A DNA stretch of 51,476 bases, from the IMG/VR virus record IMGVR_UViG_3300001199_000009, positions 1-51,476 of that record; one strand, given 5' to 3'. Positions within the stretch are counted from its first letter, which is position 1. Each line of letters starts with the position of its first letter. Source of the stretch: a virus. Both the position numbers and the translations under genes were made by a program. Positions 1-9,998 of this stretch are shown here, piece by piece. Under the pieces are notes generated by a model. It worked only from the letters and a program-made list of their open reading frames with translations, searched no databases and was not told the DNA's origin.

Positions 1-51
1 GTAATAGGTAGCGTGTTAATGGTCATGGCAAGCGTGCCAGAGGTCGTAACA
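1..51. repeat. Terminal direct repeat (left copy). It is identical to nt 51426-51476, consistent with circular closure, an assembly overlap or terminal redundancy
   Basis: The string gtaataggtagcgtgttaatggtcatggcaagcgtgccagaggtcgtaaca is read at both ends of the window. Confidence 0.9.
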
Positions 52-809
52 GGCGAGCCACCTATAGTGATAAAGCCATCCGAAGATGAAAGACCAACTG
101 ATGTAACGGTTCCAGTGCCTGGTGCGAACGCCCACGATGCCGTGTTACCATCGGAAGTCCAAACCTGGTTGACGCTCCCAATGGCAACTGGCACATAAGA
201 ACCAGCGTCCCCCACGAGCATATCGCCTGTAACAACAGCGGAAGCAGCACCGGTGCCAGGTAAGTTAATCGTAATAGTCCCAGACCCCGTAACGGGGCCA
301 CCCGCTATAATAAGGCCTGTAGTTGAACTGTTGTTGATTCCTGTAACGGTTCCACCTTGCGAGTTGCCAACTGTTACAACAGCCTTAGCTCCTGATCCTT
401 CATCCGTCACCTCTACGGTAGTATTACTACCAGCCCTAAATTCTACATTGCTGTAACTACCAAGAACGGCGCCCCCATCCTCTAGGACATTAATACGTTG
501 AAGAACGGTTCCTGGTAATTGGTTGACTTGTGTGTTGCCTTCAACACCTGTATTGCGCAGGACCTGAATGCCTAATCCACCTGTTATAGAACGTGATGTG
601 TAAGTCTGAGTATCAGTGTTATAGCTTATATATCCGCTTGTTTGGTTCGCCACTAAAGAAGCTAGGTTTCCACTTGTCGATATAATAAAATTTGATTGGG
701 GCCCATTATCGGTTATGAATAAACCTTGACCTACATTCAATGTTCTTGCATTTGGAAAGTCCGAATAATTAGTTCCAGCAATAATAACAGACGTTGTGGA
801 CACCGACAT
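1..809 (-). CDS. Tail fibre, N-terminal 269 codons. The ORF starts at ATG 809 and runs off the left edge. It continues in frame into 50687..51425 across the circular junction, for 1548 nt / 515 aa in total
   Basis: I checked every minus-strand in-frame triplet from 809 to 1 and found no stop. ATG 809 and the MTINTLPIT ATG at nt 26 (=51451) share one frame. An in-frame stop lies just upstream at 822-824. The protein is Gly/Thr/Ser-rich with repeated modules. The ORF track misses it because it has no stop inside the window edge. Confidence 0.75.
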   Translation of the reverse strand, partial: MSVSTTSVIIAGTNYSDFPNARTLNVGQGLFITDNGPQSNFIISTSGNLASLVANQTSGYISYNTDTQTYTSRSITGGLGIQVLRNTGVEGNTQVNQLPGTVLQRINVLEDGGAVLGSYSNVEFRAGSNTTVEVTDEGSGAKAVVTVGNSQGGTVTGINNSSTTGLIIAGGPVTGSGTITINLPGTGAASAVVTGDMLVGDAGSYVPVAIGSVNQVWTSDGNTASWAFAPGTGTVTSVGLSSSDGFITIGGSPVTTSGTLAMTINTLPI

Positions 810-890
810 GAAACAAACTCTTTAAATATCTCCACACAAAAGAGATAACAACTTTCTTGGGAATGGTGTTTTTTCTGATTACATAAGAAG

Positions 891-1430
891 CTATCGAAAC
901 GAAGAATGTCTCGGTGTAGAATTCTGATCTGCATTAATTGCGTTAGCCGGAATCGGTGGTAAGTGTAAATCATTCAAAATGCTATTGGCTCTTGCCAAAC
1001 GCTTAGCACTTTCTTTGGTCGCATAAAGCGCAAGGCCTGCCAGAGCAAGAGACGACGTACCCATAACAGCGGAGGTGATCACCGCTGAATTGCCCTTTAT
1101 AAAACCCGAACAGCCAGCTGATATAGTTGCGCCTGCTTGCATCAGCTTCTCCAAGCAGTAAATAACATGTGCGGCTTGAAGCCACGTTTTATGGCTGCCT
1201 ACCGAGTCATGAAAAAGTTTTGTGATGGCTTCGTTGCGATCCCTTAAGATGTCGTTAGAAAACTGGGTCATGTCTATCTCGGTAGGACGCCTATCTGGCA
1301 AAGCCAAATGAGGAACTTGGTTAGTATCCTCTGATGAATCGAGCACCGCCCCAAAGGGTTGGGTGGTGGTAACTTGCGCAGCAACACCTAAATTAATGAT
1401 CAGAAAAACATGCACTAAAAGAGTTAGCAT
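891..1430 (-). CDS. Hypothetical secreted or membrane protein in the late operon (N-terminal signal-like segment and an internal hydrophobic hairpin)
   Basis: N-terminus MLTLLVHVFLIINLGVAAQV. Hydrophobic stretch AVITSAVMGTSSLALAGLALYA. SD-like AGGATGA upstream. Confidence 0.55.
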   Translation of the reverse strand: MLTLLVHVFLIINLGVAAQVTTTQPFGAVLDSSEDTNQVPHLALPDRRPTEIDMTQFSNDILRDRNEAITKLFHDSVGSHKTWLQAAHVIYCLEKLMQAGATISAGCSGFIKGNSAVITSAVMGTSSLALAGLALYATKESAKRLARANSILNDLHLPPIPANAINADQNSTPRHSSFR

Positions 1431-1438
1431 CTATCATC

Positions 1439-1732
1439 CTAAGCCTTAAAACCATTTGGGTTGTTAAAGGGACGAGGAAGTTTAACGGGGTAGGGGTCTG
1501 CCTTAATGGGCGGTACTTTTAACTGTGCATTCAAAGGATCCATAATTTCAGGCTTATTGAGAACAATAGCCCCTGACCAATAAACCGAATCGCCCGCCTG
1601 CCTCATTTGCCTTCCAAATTCCGTCATAGGGCCATATAACGAAGTTGTATCGCACTTCATCCAAGGTTGGATAAAATCATACCCGTGGCGTGATTTTGGA
1701 ACCCTGTAATTAAGATATCTTGCTCGTGCCAT
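1439..1732 (-). CDS. Hypothetical late protein (97 aa from ATG 1732)
   Basis: The track ORF starts at 1747, but ATG 1732 overlaps the TAA stop of the upstream gene (TAATG), which indicates translational coupling. Confidence 0.5.
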   Translation of the reverse strand: MARARYLNYRVPKSRHGYDFIQPWMKCDTTSLYGPMTEFGRQMRQAGDSVYWSGAIVLNKPEIMDPLNAQLKVPPIKADPYPVKLPRPFNNPNGFKA

Positions 1733-2811
1733 TATAAGTTCGCCCATGCGCTAGAGAGGTCAACAGATAGCTGCGTTGGACCAGTTTCACCGTCATCTTG
1801 AGCGACGTTAGCGTAAGATTGGTCGTACTCTTGTTTTATCCTGTCAAAATTAGGTGGGTTATGGATCAAAGCTAATTGATACGCAATGCCTGCTACGAGT
1901 GGCTTATACCACTTAGCATCCAAATCAACACTTTGAAACAACTGTGTTACGTCCTGGCAAAACACCTTGGCAGTATAAGTAAAACCACTAAAGCCTGTGT
2001 AGTTGTTGCCATAAACATAAATGCTTCGGCCCACTTTCTCATTGTAATAAACAGCCGTTGGCGTGGACTGTGGCAAATACTTCGTTGAAAAATTCATAAA
2101 GCTATCACGTATGATTGTGCCAATCGCCAAATCCTGCGTATCATCATTGAAATAAATTTGTTTTAACGATAACGTCGCACCACGTGTTTCCCGAATACGC
2201 CAGTAGACCGCACAGGGCGGCCATTCACATGCCCACCAACGTGTCATGCCTGGATAATAAGTTTCTTGGGGACAACTCTTTTGAATGAGCCAATTAACAC
2301 CATCCACACTATACTCAATATTAATTGAATATATTTGAGTTGATAATGTAAGTATCCCAACATACCACACTGTTTTGCTTGTAGGGTATTGGTAGGCAAT
2401 CCAACCGTTTGGCTCCAGCTGAGTAAAACCACCCACTGAGTCTGGTGTAAAAAGGGCTGAAGGATCTTCGCCATCACTTGATTCAGATGAGCCACCAAGA
2501 AGGCGTGTGGTCACAGTTCTAACCCATGTTAAGGGCCTATAAACATAATCAGGGACTTTATAAAACATTTGCCCTGGAACAAATTCAACAAACTCACGCT
2601 GAACAAGACAAAGAGTTGTTTGGCGCGCCTGCCACTCACGCAATTCTAAGTTGGCAGCTGATCGGGCAAATTCAACATCATCATCGGTGATTTTGTTGGG
2701 GCCTTTGCCAATTCTGGCGTAAGCCATATCAACGATTTTTTCAAAGGTAAAGTTAGTCTGGAAGTCATAGGTGCGACTAGTTTGAATAGATTGCGTTGCG
2801 CTTGTATACAT
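1732..2811 (-). CDS. Hypothetical virion protein (359 aa)
   Basis: Long ORF in the co-directional late operon. Helical N- and C-terminal parts flank a Trp/Tyr-rich beta-like central segment. No motif recognised. Confidence 0.6.
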   Translation of the reverse strand: MYTSATQSIQTSRTYDFQTNFTFEKIVDMAYARIGKGPNKITDDDVEFARSAANLELREWQARQTTLCLVQREFVEFVPGQMFYKVPDYVYRPLTWVRTVTTRLLGGSSESSDGEDPSALFTPDSVGGFTQLEPNGWIAYQYPTSKTVWYVGILTLSTQIYSINIEYSVDGVNWLIQKSCPQETYYPGMTRWWACEWPPCAVYWRIRETRGATLSLKQIYFNDDTQDLAIGTIIRDSFMNFSTKYLPQSTPTAVYYNEKVGRSIYVYGNNYTGFSGFTYTAKVFCQDVTQLFQSVDLDAKWYKPLVAGIAYQLALIHNPPNFDRIKQEYDQSYANVAQDDGETGPTQLSVDLSSAWANL

Positions 2812-2839
2812 ACAACCTGACCTATACTACACTAATAAT

Positions 2840-2884
2840 GTGAATGCCCGTTGCTTTATTTGGCCCGCGACCAGTGGCATTCAC
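2840..2884 (-). terminator. Hairpin GTGAATGCC-N27-GGCATTCAC downstream of the 121-aa gene; possible intra-operon attenuator or terminator
   Basis: 9-bp perfect inverted repeat read in the 2812-2897 intergenic gap. The loop is long and there is no clear T-run. Confidence 0.2.
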
Positions 2885-2897
2885 TATCGCATTCAAT

Positions 2898-3263
2898 CTA
2901 TCTTTTTCCGCCGTGACGCATAGCTTTAGCTGCGTCGGAAGCTGAAGGCATAGCGTCAACGTCGCTTACATCTGCATGACGTGAGCGCGCATGTACACGC
3001 TTGCCACGCTTGTGAGCTGCTTCTGCTGTATCGCCACCATCCGCACGGTGACGACGACCTACACCACAACCTTTCTTGTGAGGTTCTGGTGTGGATACAT
3101 CACCACCATCATCGCGGTGACAACGAACAGCCTTGCCGCGCTTGTGAGGCTCTGGTGCCTCAACCGCGCTTCCCTCAGCGTGATAAGCACGCACTTCATG
3201 GCCGTGACTCTTTTTTGAAGAACCAGCGTTTAAAAACTTATCTGCTTCTTTTGAGAAAAACAT
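2898..3263 (-). CDS. Basic His/Arg/Lys-rich protein with three ~22-aa repeats (PEPHKRGK...HR.DGGD); possible nucleic-acid-binding internal protein
   Basis: Repeats EAPEPHKRGKAVRCHRDDGGD / STPEPHKKGCGVGRRHRADGGD / AEAAHKRGKRVHARSRHAD. SD AAGGAA lies 9 nt upstream of the ATG. The stretch is visibly GC-rich relative to its neighbours. Confidence 0.5.
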   Translation of the reverse strand: MFFSKEADKFLNAGSSKKSHGHEVRAYHAEGSAVEAPEPHKRGKAVRCHRDDGGDVSTPEPHKKGCGVGRRHRADGGDTAEAAHKRGKRVHARSRHADVSDVDAMPSASDAAKAMRHGGKR

Positions 3264-3278
3264 AATAATATTCCTTTC

Positions 3279-4265
3279 TTAGGATGTTAAACCGTTTTGT
3301 ATAAGTGAAATCAACAAATTGGACTCATTAGCAACACCTGGCGCAATATCTGTCCAGCCAGCATTGCGTCTTTGATTGCCAATATCCACCAACACATTTA
3401 AAGGTCCACCCAATTGCGAAAGATCGGTGTAAGAGTTTTCCAATAAAACTGTTGTAATGGGGAAATTTTCAGTAGCACACCAAAATATTCCCCTGTTGAT
3501 TGTTGAGTTGAACTCAAAAGTATTATCCACAGAGCCGTATGGTATAAATACATCCGATAACACCAAGGGCCCACCTGGCATAGCACTCATTTGATTGTCA
3601 TAAACAAAACGTGGATAGTTAGAATTAAGAATACAATATTGTGTGGTTTTTACAGGGGTATTATTATCACCATCTGTTAGAACCTCTAATGTAAAGTTCT
3701 TAGAGCCATAATTAACCGATTCCTGAATGTTAAACTCGGCCATCCCTTGGGCGCCAAAATCTAAATAAAACGGTTGCGTAGGCGTAGTTGGCGCCCCACC
3801 ACTGGCCGTTATGATGATGTCAATTAATCTATTAGGGTAGAAAAATTTCTGACATGCGGCAAAAGTAGTGTCAGTTGTAACACCAATATTTTGAGACATT
3901 GTACCAAGCATGACATCAAGAGTGGTGGGGCCTGATCCATCCGGTAGAGTAATGAAGTCCGTCAAGAACACGCCCCAGTAGTTTTGATAAACCAATTTGA
4001 TCTGGTAATCGTCCCACCCGCTACCAGTCGTGCTGATGTACAACTGACGAGATGTGTTAAATGGAAGATTTGTTGGGAAATTCAAATATCTTTTAAGAGA
4101 AACAAAGTCATTTGTAACAAAACCATTAACAACAATTGGGTTGACCGTGCCAAGTTGACCTGGTGATGAGGGAACACCACTACCCGCCACATACCCAGCA
4201 TCCCAACCGACAAGCCAGTTGTTATAAGATGCTTGGTATGGATAAAGCGAGAATCTCTGACTCAT
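3279..4265 (-). CDS. Hypothetical virion protein (328 aa)
   Basis: SD AAGGAAG upstream. Lies in the late operon. No motif recognised. Confidence 0.65.
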   Translation of the reverse strand: MSQRFSLYPYQASYNNWLVGWDAGYVAGSGVPSSPGQLGTVNPIVVNGFVTNDFVSLKRYLNFPTNLPFNTSRQLYISTTGSGWDDYQIKLVYQNYWGVFLTDFITLPDGSGPTTLDVMLGTMSQNIGVTTDTTFAACQKFFYPNRLIDIIITASGGAPTTPTQPFYLDFGAQGMAEFNIQESVNYGSKNFTLEVLTDGDNNTPVKTTQYCILNSNYPRFVYDNQMSAMPGGPLVLSDVFIPYGSVDNTFEFNSTINRGIFWCATENFPITTVLLENSYTDLSQLGGPLNVLVDIGNQRRNAGWTDIAPGVANESNLLISLIQNGLTS

Positions 4266-4277
4266 ATACTCTCTTCC

Positions 4278-5513
4278 TTAAAAATCACTAAAGGGTACAG
4301 GACCAATAAGCAAATCTAAAGTTGGCTCACAACTATTGTTTGGATCGGACAAATAATTTCCGTAAAGATTAAAACCAAATCCATTCCAACCCGTAGCTGA
4401 AACAGCATTAGATGCAACAGCACTTTGCTGTAACTGATTCATCATTTGTGAGTATTTCCACGGGAACACATCGGCACCAGGCACATAGTAAGAAATAGTC
4501 ATGGGCCCTTGGTATGCGAAAGAGTTATCCGCACCTAATGCACCAGCTGAATCATAAGCAATGGTAATGTTTGGAGAGAATACGCCCCTTACATCCCCAG
4601 TTTCCGCGGTTAAATCCCAAGGTGTGGTTGGATTAATAAGTGTGTTGTGTTGATTAACACCAGTATTCAAAACCAATGGGTAAGATGTTTGCCATGGACT
4701 GATTGTTGCAGGAGGGCCTGCCGTAGAATCTGCTGCATATGGAACCAGATTATTCACTTCTGTCCAATATGTCGCAAGTTCACCAGCTTGACCCGCTGGA
4801 GGCACCCACCACTGAGAATAATTCTGCATGTGGCCAAGATCAGTCATTTTATAGGGTAGGCCAAAATTATTACCGCTACCTATTGAAAAAATAGGGGCGG
4901 CCCCAACATCTCCAATACTCACAAATACAACCTCAACTTCAGTAAGTCGAAACAGAGCACTTGGCGTATCAGCTGATGCCACGCCAGTGGCCGAAGCATC
5001 TGGTACCTCTACCCTTGCTTGTGTTGTGACCTTTCGACCCCAAACGTCGTATCCTCTAAACTTAAGCGTTAAAATACTTCCAGTCGCCGGAGCTGCTGTA
5101 TTCACATCTAAACTAATCTGAATTGATCGTGGGTAGTCAAGCTGAATCGACTTAGTCCCTGCTCGGTTGTATAGAATCTGAGTTGCACGAGGTGTAGCAA
5201 CTGTTCCTTGCAAAGGAATAATTGTTCCAACCACGAGAGACTGGGCAACAAATTCAGATGCACCCACAATGTCTAGCGGGTCAGGCGAAACAGGGTTAAT
5301 GCGGTAAGTACATTGCGGACCGATTAACATACCGCTGCCATAACCCCAGGACAGAGCATCTGCCAATGTTACTGGGGTGCTACCGCCTGGAAAACCCAGA
5401 CCACTGTTGGATGTGTCAGGCCCAATACAAAGACCCGATGGAAAATAATTCCCAATGTCTTGCGGGTCCTCTATCGTCTTGGCAGCATAGATATAGTCAG
5501 TGTCGTTTGCCAT
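4278..5513 (-). CDS. Hypothetical virion protein (411 aa)
   Basis: SD AAGGAG 8 nt upstream. Lies immediately downstream of the putative capsid gene. Confidence 0.65.
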   Translation of the reverse strand: MANDTDYIYAAKTIEDPQDIGNYFPSGLCIGPDTSNSGLGFPGGSTPVTLADALSWGYGSGMLIGPQCTYRINPVSPDPLDIVGASEFVAQSLVVGTIIPLQGTVATPRATQILYNRAGTKSIQLDYPRSIQISLDVNTAAPATGSILTLKFRGYDVWGRKVTTQARVEVPDASATGVASADTPSALFRLTEVEVVFVSIGDVGAAPIFSIGSGNNFGLPYKMTDLGHMQNYSQWWVPPAGQAGELATYWTEVNNLVPYAADSTAGPPATISPWQTSYPLVLNTGVNQHNTLINPTTPWDLTAETGDVRGVFSPNITIAYDSAGALGADNSFAYQGPMTISYYVPGADVFPWKYSQMMNQLQQSAVASNAVSATGWNGFGFNLYGNYLSDPNNSCEPTLDLLIGPVPFSDF

Positions 5514-5525
5514 TAGATGGTCTCC

Positions 5526-6455
5526 TTAGTTAAACGTAGTTGAACCAAATACTGCACGACCTGAACCACACCCTTGACCCCAACGTGCCGCGCTCACATA
5601 ACCAAAAACGAATGCTAAAGTAATCGGCAACGCTTCAATTGTAAGTGGCATTTTGGTGTATTGAACGAATCCTAGATCCTCGTTTGTACCAGCAAAGAAG
5701 CATGATGGATCATTCAAGTATGGGTTTCCAATAATGCCTTCTGAGAAATAGCCACCATGATAGATGGCGTTGATAGCACGGTTTGCAGTATTCGGGTCAT
5801 CAGGGCTGAACAAGATTGTTTGTGCGAGTGGTGTTAATTGCATTGGAACCATTAACCATTTTGCACGCAAGTTTTTTGGATACATTGAAAAGCTCTTGAA
5901 AAGCTGAATCGCTGTAACGGCCGTTTGAAGGTTTCCTTTACTTAGTCCAACGGGAATTGGATATGTGTTGGCATAAGTACCTTCGGCTAGAATGTGCGCT
6001 GTTGAAAGCAAAGGTAGACCGTCACCTAATGCAGATGCGTTATTTCGCGCGTTGTTAAATTGATTCCACAAAACAATGTTTTCCAAAACTTCATGAGCGT
6101 CAACGAATCCGTTACGTTGAGCCGACCACTGAGCCTTATAAAGGTTATCTTGTTGGGCTTGAAGGGTCACAAAGCACGCATTGGTATACGTGTTAATGGG
6201 GTAGCTTGTAACGATACCTTCACCAGATGTGGCGATGCTCGAATCGGCCCCTTCACTCGTTTGTGAACCCCAATTAACGTCCCTCATTTCCATGTCGAAC
6301 ATTGGGTTCATGTCAGCATGTGCCGTACGATAAACCTTTTGGTGGAACTTGGGTAAAAGCTGTTTGGAACCTGCAACAATATTAAGATCCTTCAAAAGGA
6401 GGTGTCTCAATTGTCCCGTTGTTAATGGACTAGAATATGATTGTACAACAGACAT
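5526..6455 (-). CDS. Putative major capsid protein (HK97-fold-like, 309 aa)
   Basis: Strong SD AAGGAG. Size and layout (N-arm, long helix YKAQWSAQRNGFVDAHEVLENIVLWNQF, A-domain-like C-terminal half) resemble HK97-type capsid proteins. Assigned by resemblance and position only. Confidence 0.5.
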   Translation of the reverse strand: MSVVQSYSSPLTTGQLRHLLLKDLNIVAGSKQLLPKFHQKVYRTAHADMNPMFDMEMRDVNWGSQTSEGADSSIATSGEGIVTSYPINTYTNACFVTLQAQQDNLYKAQWSAQRNGFVDAHEVLENIVLWNQFNNARNNASALGDGLPLLSTAHILAEGTYANTYPIPVGLSKGNLQTAVTAIQLFKSFSMYPKNLRAKWLMVPMQLTPLAQTILFSPDDPNTANRAINAIYHGGYFSEGIIGNPYLNDPSCFFAGTNEDLGFVQYTKMPLTIEALPITLAFVFGYVSAARWGQGCGSGRAVFGSTTFN

Positions 6456-6468
6456 TAGTTATATCTCC

Positions 6469-7191
6469 TTAAAAGTTCGATGGAGTTGAAAATGTTGGAA
6501 ATGGTGAGTCCGCAATGCGACCAATAACATTTCCGTATGGTAGCCCTGGATTGGAAACAGAACGACTTGGCGTGCCTAAAGTTTCATCAAAACCAATAAC
6601 TTGGAAAGAGGTTGCTAAAGAAGCGTCATACGGAATGCCCACACCACCCGTCATATTGCAATATACGGTTGATTGATCGCCACTAAGAATAACTTTGCCA
6701 CCTGCATCCAAACTAAATACGAGTTGTCCCATTTGGAAGAGTCCAGTGCGCAAGCAACCATCCACACCTGTTTGAACAGAAAAACCAGGTTGATATGTTG
6801 CCAAAATAACAAAAGCCACAGGATCAGAACCATCACTTGTGGTTGTTCCTGCTCTCCAAGAGAGTTTCATGGGCAAGTTCTGAAACATCTCTGAGTCAGT
6901 ACTGTACTGGCACCCAGCAAACACGCCAAGAATAGGCCTGTTAACAACATTTACTAAGTCGCCGGTTGGTGCTGTAGTGTCAGCTCCGGAACCGATATAG
7001 CCACCGCCAGTTGTGACTGGGGAGGTCGCGGACAGCCATACGACCGGATCGCCCAAACCAATGTTTTGCGCATATCCATTTTCAATATTAAGTGTTACAA
7101 GAGATTGGCTTGCTAACCCTGAGCTAGGTAGCGAACCTAACATAAACCCTTTTGGAACAAGACCATTTGGAGCATCTACGCCGTATGCCAT
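6469..7191 (-). CDS. Hypothetical head-associated protein (240 aa, beta-rich); decoration, cement or scaffold role possible
   Basis: GAGG SD. First gene after the inserted cassette and directly upstream of the putative capsid gene. Confidence 0.55.
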   Translation of the reverse strand: MAYGVDAPNGLVPKGFMLGSLPSSGLASQSLVTLNIENGYAQNIGLGDPVVWLSATSPVTTGGGYIGSGADTTAPTGDLVNVVNRPILGVFAGCQYSTDSEMFQNLPMKLSWRAGTTTSDGSDPVAFVILATYQPGFSVQTGVDGCLRTGLFQMGQLVFSLDAGGKVILSGDQSTVYCNMTGGVGIPYDASLATSFQVIGFDETLGTPSRSVSNPGLPYGNVIGRIADSPFPTFSTPSNF

Positions 7192-7365
7192 AATTTAAAA
7201 CCTCATTTTGTTTTTTCTACAAAGAAAAGATAACAAGGTGAAAATAGGGTCGGTTATGGGCAGCAAAAATGTATCTTATACCAAACAGATTCGCCTCACA
7301 TTGAAACAAGAAGAGGAATCAAGCATTTTAAAGAAGAATGCTCTAAGCAATAGGAAACTTCGTAA

Positions 7366-8934
7366 ATGGCAGACACTCAGAAAGAACAAGAGCGCGCAGC
7401 ACTTCACTCCACCATTTGGCGAATCGCCAATGATCTGCGAGGAAGTGTAGATGGGTGGGATTTCAAGAAATATGTATTGGGTATGCTGTTTTACCGTTTT
7501 ATTTCGGAAAACCTAGCCTTCTACATTAATGCGAAAGAAAGAAAAGCTGGAGAAAAAAATTTCAGCTATGCAAGTTTAACAGATGATGAAGCTGAACGTG
7601 GCCGTGCATCCATCCTGGAAGAAAAGGGTTTCTTCATTCATCCAAGTGAACTTTTTGATAATGTCCGTAAGCAAGCAAAGAATGACAATCTTAACGAGAC
7701 CCTTGAAAGGGTCTTTCAAAATATTGAGGCTTCTGCCAAAGGAACAGCCAGCGAAAGTAACATGAAAGGGCTATTTGATGATATCGACGTCAACAGCAAT
7801 AAATTAGGAACAACAGTCTCAAAGCGTAATGAGAGTCTTGTTAAGTTGATGAATGCCATTGGTGATCTAAATATTGGTAATTATGATAATAACTCGATTG
7901 ATCTTTTCGGGGATGCCTACGAATATCTGATGACCATGTATGCAACTAACGGAGGAAAATCAGGAGGTGAGTTTTTTACACCTCAAGAAGTTGCCGAACT
8001 ACTTGCACAAATAACAGTTGTTGGAAGAACAGAGGTGAACAAAGTTTATGATCCTGCCTGTGGTTCTGGCTCTCTCCTTCTTAAGTTCGCCAAAGTGCTA
8101 GGCAAAGAAAATATTCGCAACGGTTTTTACGGTCAAGAAATCAATCACACGACCTACAATCTTTGTCGGATTAACATGTTCTTGCATGATATTAACTATG
8201 CGCAGTTCGATATAGCGCACGGCAACACCCTGATTGATCCCAAACATTGGGATGATGAACCTTTTGAAGCGATTGTTTCCAATCCTCCCTATTCCATCAA
8301 ATGGGAGGGGGACGCAAGCCCACTGCTGATTAATGATGAACGTTTTACTCCTGCTGGAGTTCTTGCTCCAAAATCTAAGGCAGACCTGGCTTTCGTGATG
8401 CACGCGCTTTCATGGCTGGCGACAAATGGTACAGCAGCCATCGTTTCTTTCCCTGGCGTTCTGTATCGTAGTGGGGCAGAGCAAAAGATCAGGCAATATC
8501 TGATCGATAATAACTTTATCGATGCGGTGATCCAACTTTCGCCAGACCTGTTCTTTGGTACCACTATTCCCACCTGCATTCTCGTTTTGAAAAAGAAAAA
8601 AGCTGATAATAAGACGCTGTTCATTAATGCGAGCGCAGAGTTTGTGCGCGGTTCAGCCAAAAACAAACTGACTACGGCGAATTCAAAAACGATTCTAGAT
8701 TGTTACACGAACCGCAATAATCAAGAACACTTTTCGCGTCTTGTAGACAATACCCAAATCGCCGAACAAGGTTATAACCTTAGTATTAGTTCTTATGTTG
8801 AACAAAAAGACACACGCGAAATTGTTGATATTACCGAATTGAATGCACGTATTGCGGAGATCGTGAAACGTCAGTTTGAATTGAGGACGCAGATTGATGC
8901 TATCGTGGCCGATCTTGAAGGAAAAGCTGCATGA
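7366..8934 (+). CDS. hsdM: Type I restriction-modification N6-adenine DNA methyltransferase subunit
   Basis: AdoMet motif [11 protein letters not shown] and catalytic motif [10 protein letters not shown]. HsdM-type N-terminal domain ([10 protein letters not shown]...[13 protein letters not shown]). Stop overlaps the hsdS start (ATGA). Confidence 0.9.
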   Translation: MADTQKEQERAALHSTIWRIANDLRGSVDGWDFKKYVLGMLFYRFISENLAFYINAKERKAGEKNFSYASLTDDEAERGRASILEEKGFFIHPSELFDNVRKQAKNDNLNETLERVFQNIEASAKGTASESNMKGLFDDIDVNSNKLGTTVSKRNESLVKLMNAIGDLNIGNYDNNSIDLFGDAYEYLMTMYATNGGKSGGEFFTPQEVAELLAQITVVGRTEVNKVYDPACGSGSLLLKFAKVLGKENIRNGFYGQEINHTTYNLCRINMFLHDINYAQFDIAHGNTLIDPKHWDDEPFEAIVSNPPYSIKWEGDASPLLINDERFTPAGVLAPKSKADLAFVMHALSWLATNGTAAIVSFPGVLYRSGAEQKIRQYLIDNNFIDAVIQLSPDLFFGTTIPTCILVLKKKKADNKTLFINASAEFVRGSAKNKLTTANSKTILDCYTNRNNQEHFSRLVDNTQIAEQGYNLSISSYVEQKDTREIVDITELNARIAEIVKRQFELRTQIDAIVADLEGKAA

Positions 8935-9998
8935 TCAAGATTGATGACATGATTGCCAAATATTGTCCGAATGGGGTCATGTTTAAGTCGCTCAAGGAAG
9001 TTGCGCGCATTCGGAATGGGAAAGATTACAAAGAGTTCGGAAGGGGTAAAATCCCTGTCTACGGGTCAGGCGGAGTCATGACGAGGATAGATACGGCAGC
9101 TTACACGAATCCATCCGTATTGATTCCTCGCAAGGGATCTTTGAGAAATCTTTATTTCGTTGATGAACCTTTCTGGACGGTGGATACGATTTTTTATACA
9201 GAAATTAATGAGAACCTCATTGCACCAAAGTTCTTTTATTACTTCTTAGCTGCCCAAAGTCTAGCAGAATTAAACCAAGCTGGGGGTGTTCCGAGTCTTA
9301 CCAAATCAGTTTTGAATGAAATAAAAATTCCTATCCCTTCACTGGAAATTCAGCATGAGATTGTGAAGGTTCTTGACAGCTTTCCTCCGCTAGAAGCAGA
9401 ACTAGAAGCAGAACTAGAAGCACGTCGTCGACAGTACGAATACTATCGTGAAAAGCTTCTTGCTTTTGGGGGGGAGTTTAAGGAGTTGAGGGAAGTTTTA
9501 AACTATACTCGACCAGATAAATATATTGTAAAATCAACAAAATATGATAACAACCATTTAACACCTGTTCTGACTGCAGGTGATACATTCATATTGGGAT
9601 ATACTAATGAAATTGATGGAATCTACGAATCATCCTCACTTAATCCTGTAATAATCTTTGATGACTTTACCACTTCCTTTCATTGGGTTGATTTCTCTTT
9701 TAAAGTCAAGAGCTCTGCCATGAAAATACTGAGACCTGAAGACAATGTACTCTTCAGATACGTCTATTATGCAATGAAGTGTATCCAATACATTCCCTCA
9801 AGTCATGCGCGTCAATGGATTTCAATATATTCTGCTTTTAGAATTCCCATTCCTCCTCTTGAAATTCAGCATGAGATTGTAAAGATTTTGGACACCTTTA
9901 CTGAACTTGAGACTGAACTTGAGACTGAACTTGAGAAGCGCCAACAGCAGTACGAATACTATCGTAACAAGCTACTCACCTTTCAGGAGTTAGTTTAA
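8931..9998 (+). CDS. hsdS: Type I restriction-modification specificity subunit with two target-recognition domains
   Basis: Duplicated conserved blocks [19 protein letters not shown]...[13 protein letters not shown] and [19 protein letters not shown]...[14 protein letters not shown] separate two variable halves. Confidence 0.85.
   Translation: MIKIDDMIAKYCPNGVMFKSLKEVARIRNGKDYKEFGRGKIPVYGSGGVMTRIDTAAYTNPSVLIPRKGSLRNLYFVDEPFWTVDTIFYTEINENLIAPKFFYYFLAAQSLAELNQAGGVPSLTKSVLNEIKIPIPSLEIQHEIVKVLDSFPPLEAELEAELEARRRQYEYYREKLLAFGGEFKELREVLNYTRPDKYIVKSTKYDNNHLTPVLTAGDTFILGYTNEIDGIYESSSLNPVIIFDDFTTSFHWVDFSFKVKSSAMKILRPEDNVLFRYVYYAMKCIQYIPSSHARQWISIYSAFRIPIPPLEIQHEIVKILDTFTELETELETELEKRQQQYEYYRNKLLTFQELV
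9390..9422 (+). repeat. 12-bp tandem repeat ctagaagcagaa x2.75 inside the hsdS central conserved region ([11 protein letters not shown])
   Basis: Read directly at 9390-9401, 9402-9413 and 9414-9422. Confidence 0.9.
9900..9935 (+). repeat. 12-bp tandem repeat actgaacttgag x3 inside the hsdS distal conserved region ([12 protein letters not shown])
   Basis: Three perfect copies at 9900-9911, 9912-9923 and 9924-9935. Confidence 0.9.

Noticed and set aside
13-456. Plus-strand ORFs 13..198 and 253..456, and minus-strand ORF 62..301
   Set aside because: All are alternative-frame or alternative-strand shadows of the tail fibre ORF, which is open from 809 to 1 and continues across the junction.
2981-3265. 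Plus-strand ORFs 2981..3265 and 2991..3218
   Set aside because: These are antisense shadows in a GC-rich repeat region. The minus-strand ORF fits the operon direction and has an AAGGAA SD.
7208-7450. 80-aa plus-strand ORF upstream of and overlapping hsdM
   Set aside because: It has a non-ATG start, Lys-rich low-complexity translation and overlaps the hsdM start. This is more likely the hsdM promoter and leader region.
8098-8666. Minus-strand ORFs 8098..8403 and 8289..8666
   Set aside because: They are antisense to hsdM, whose methyltransferase motifs are unambiguous.
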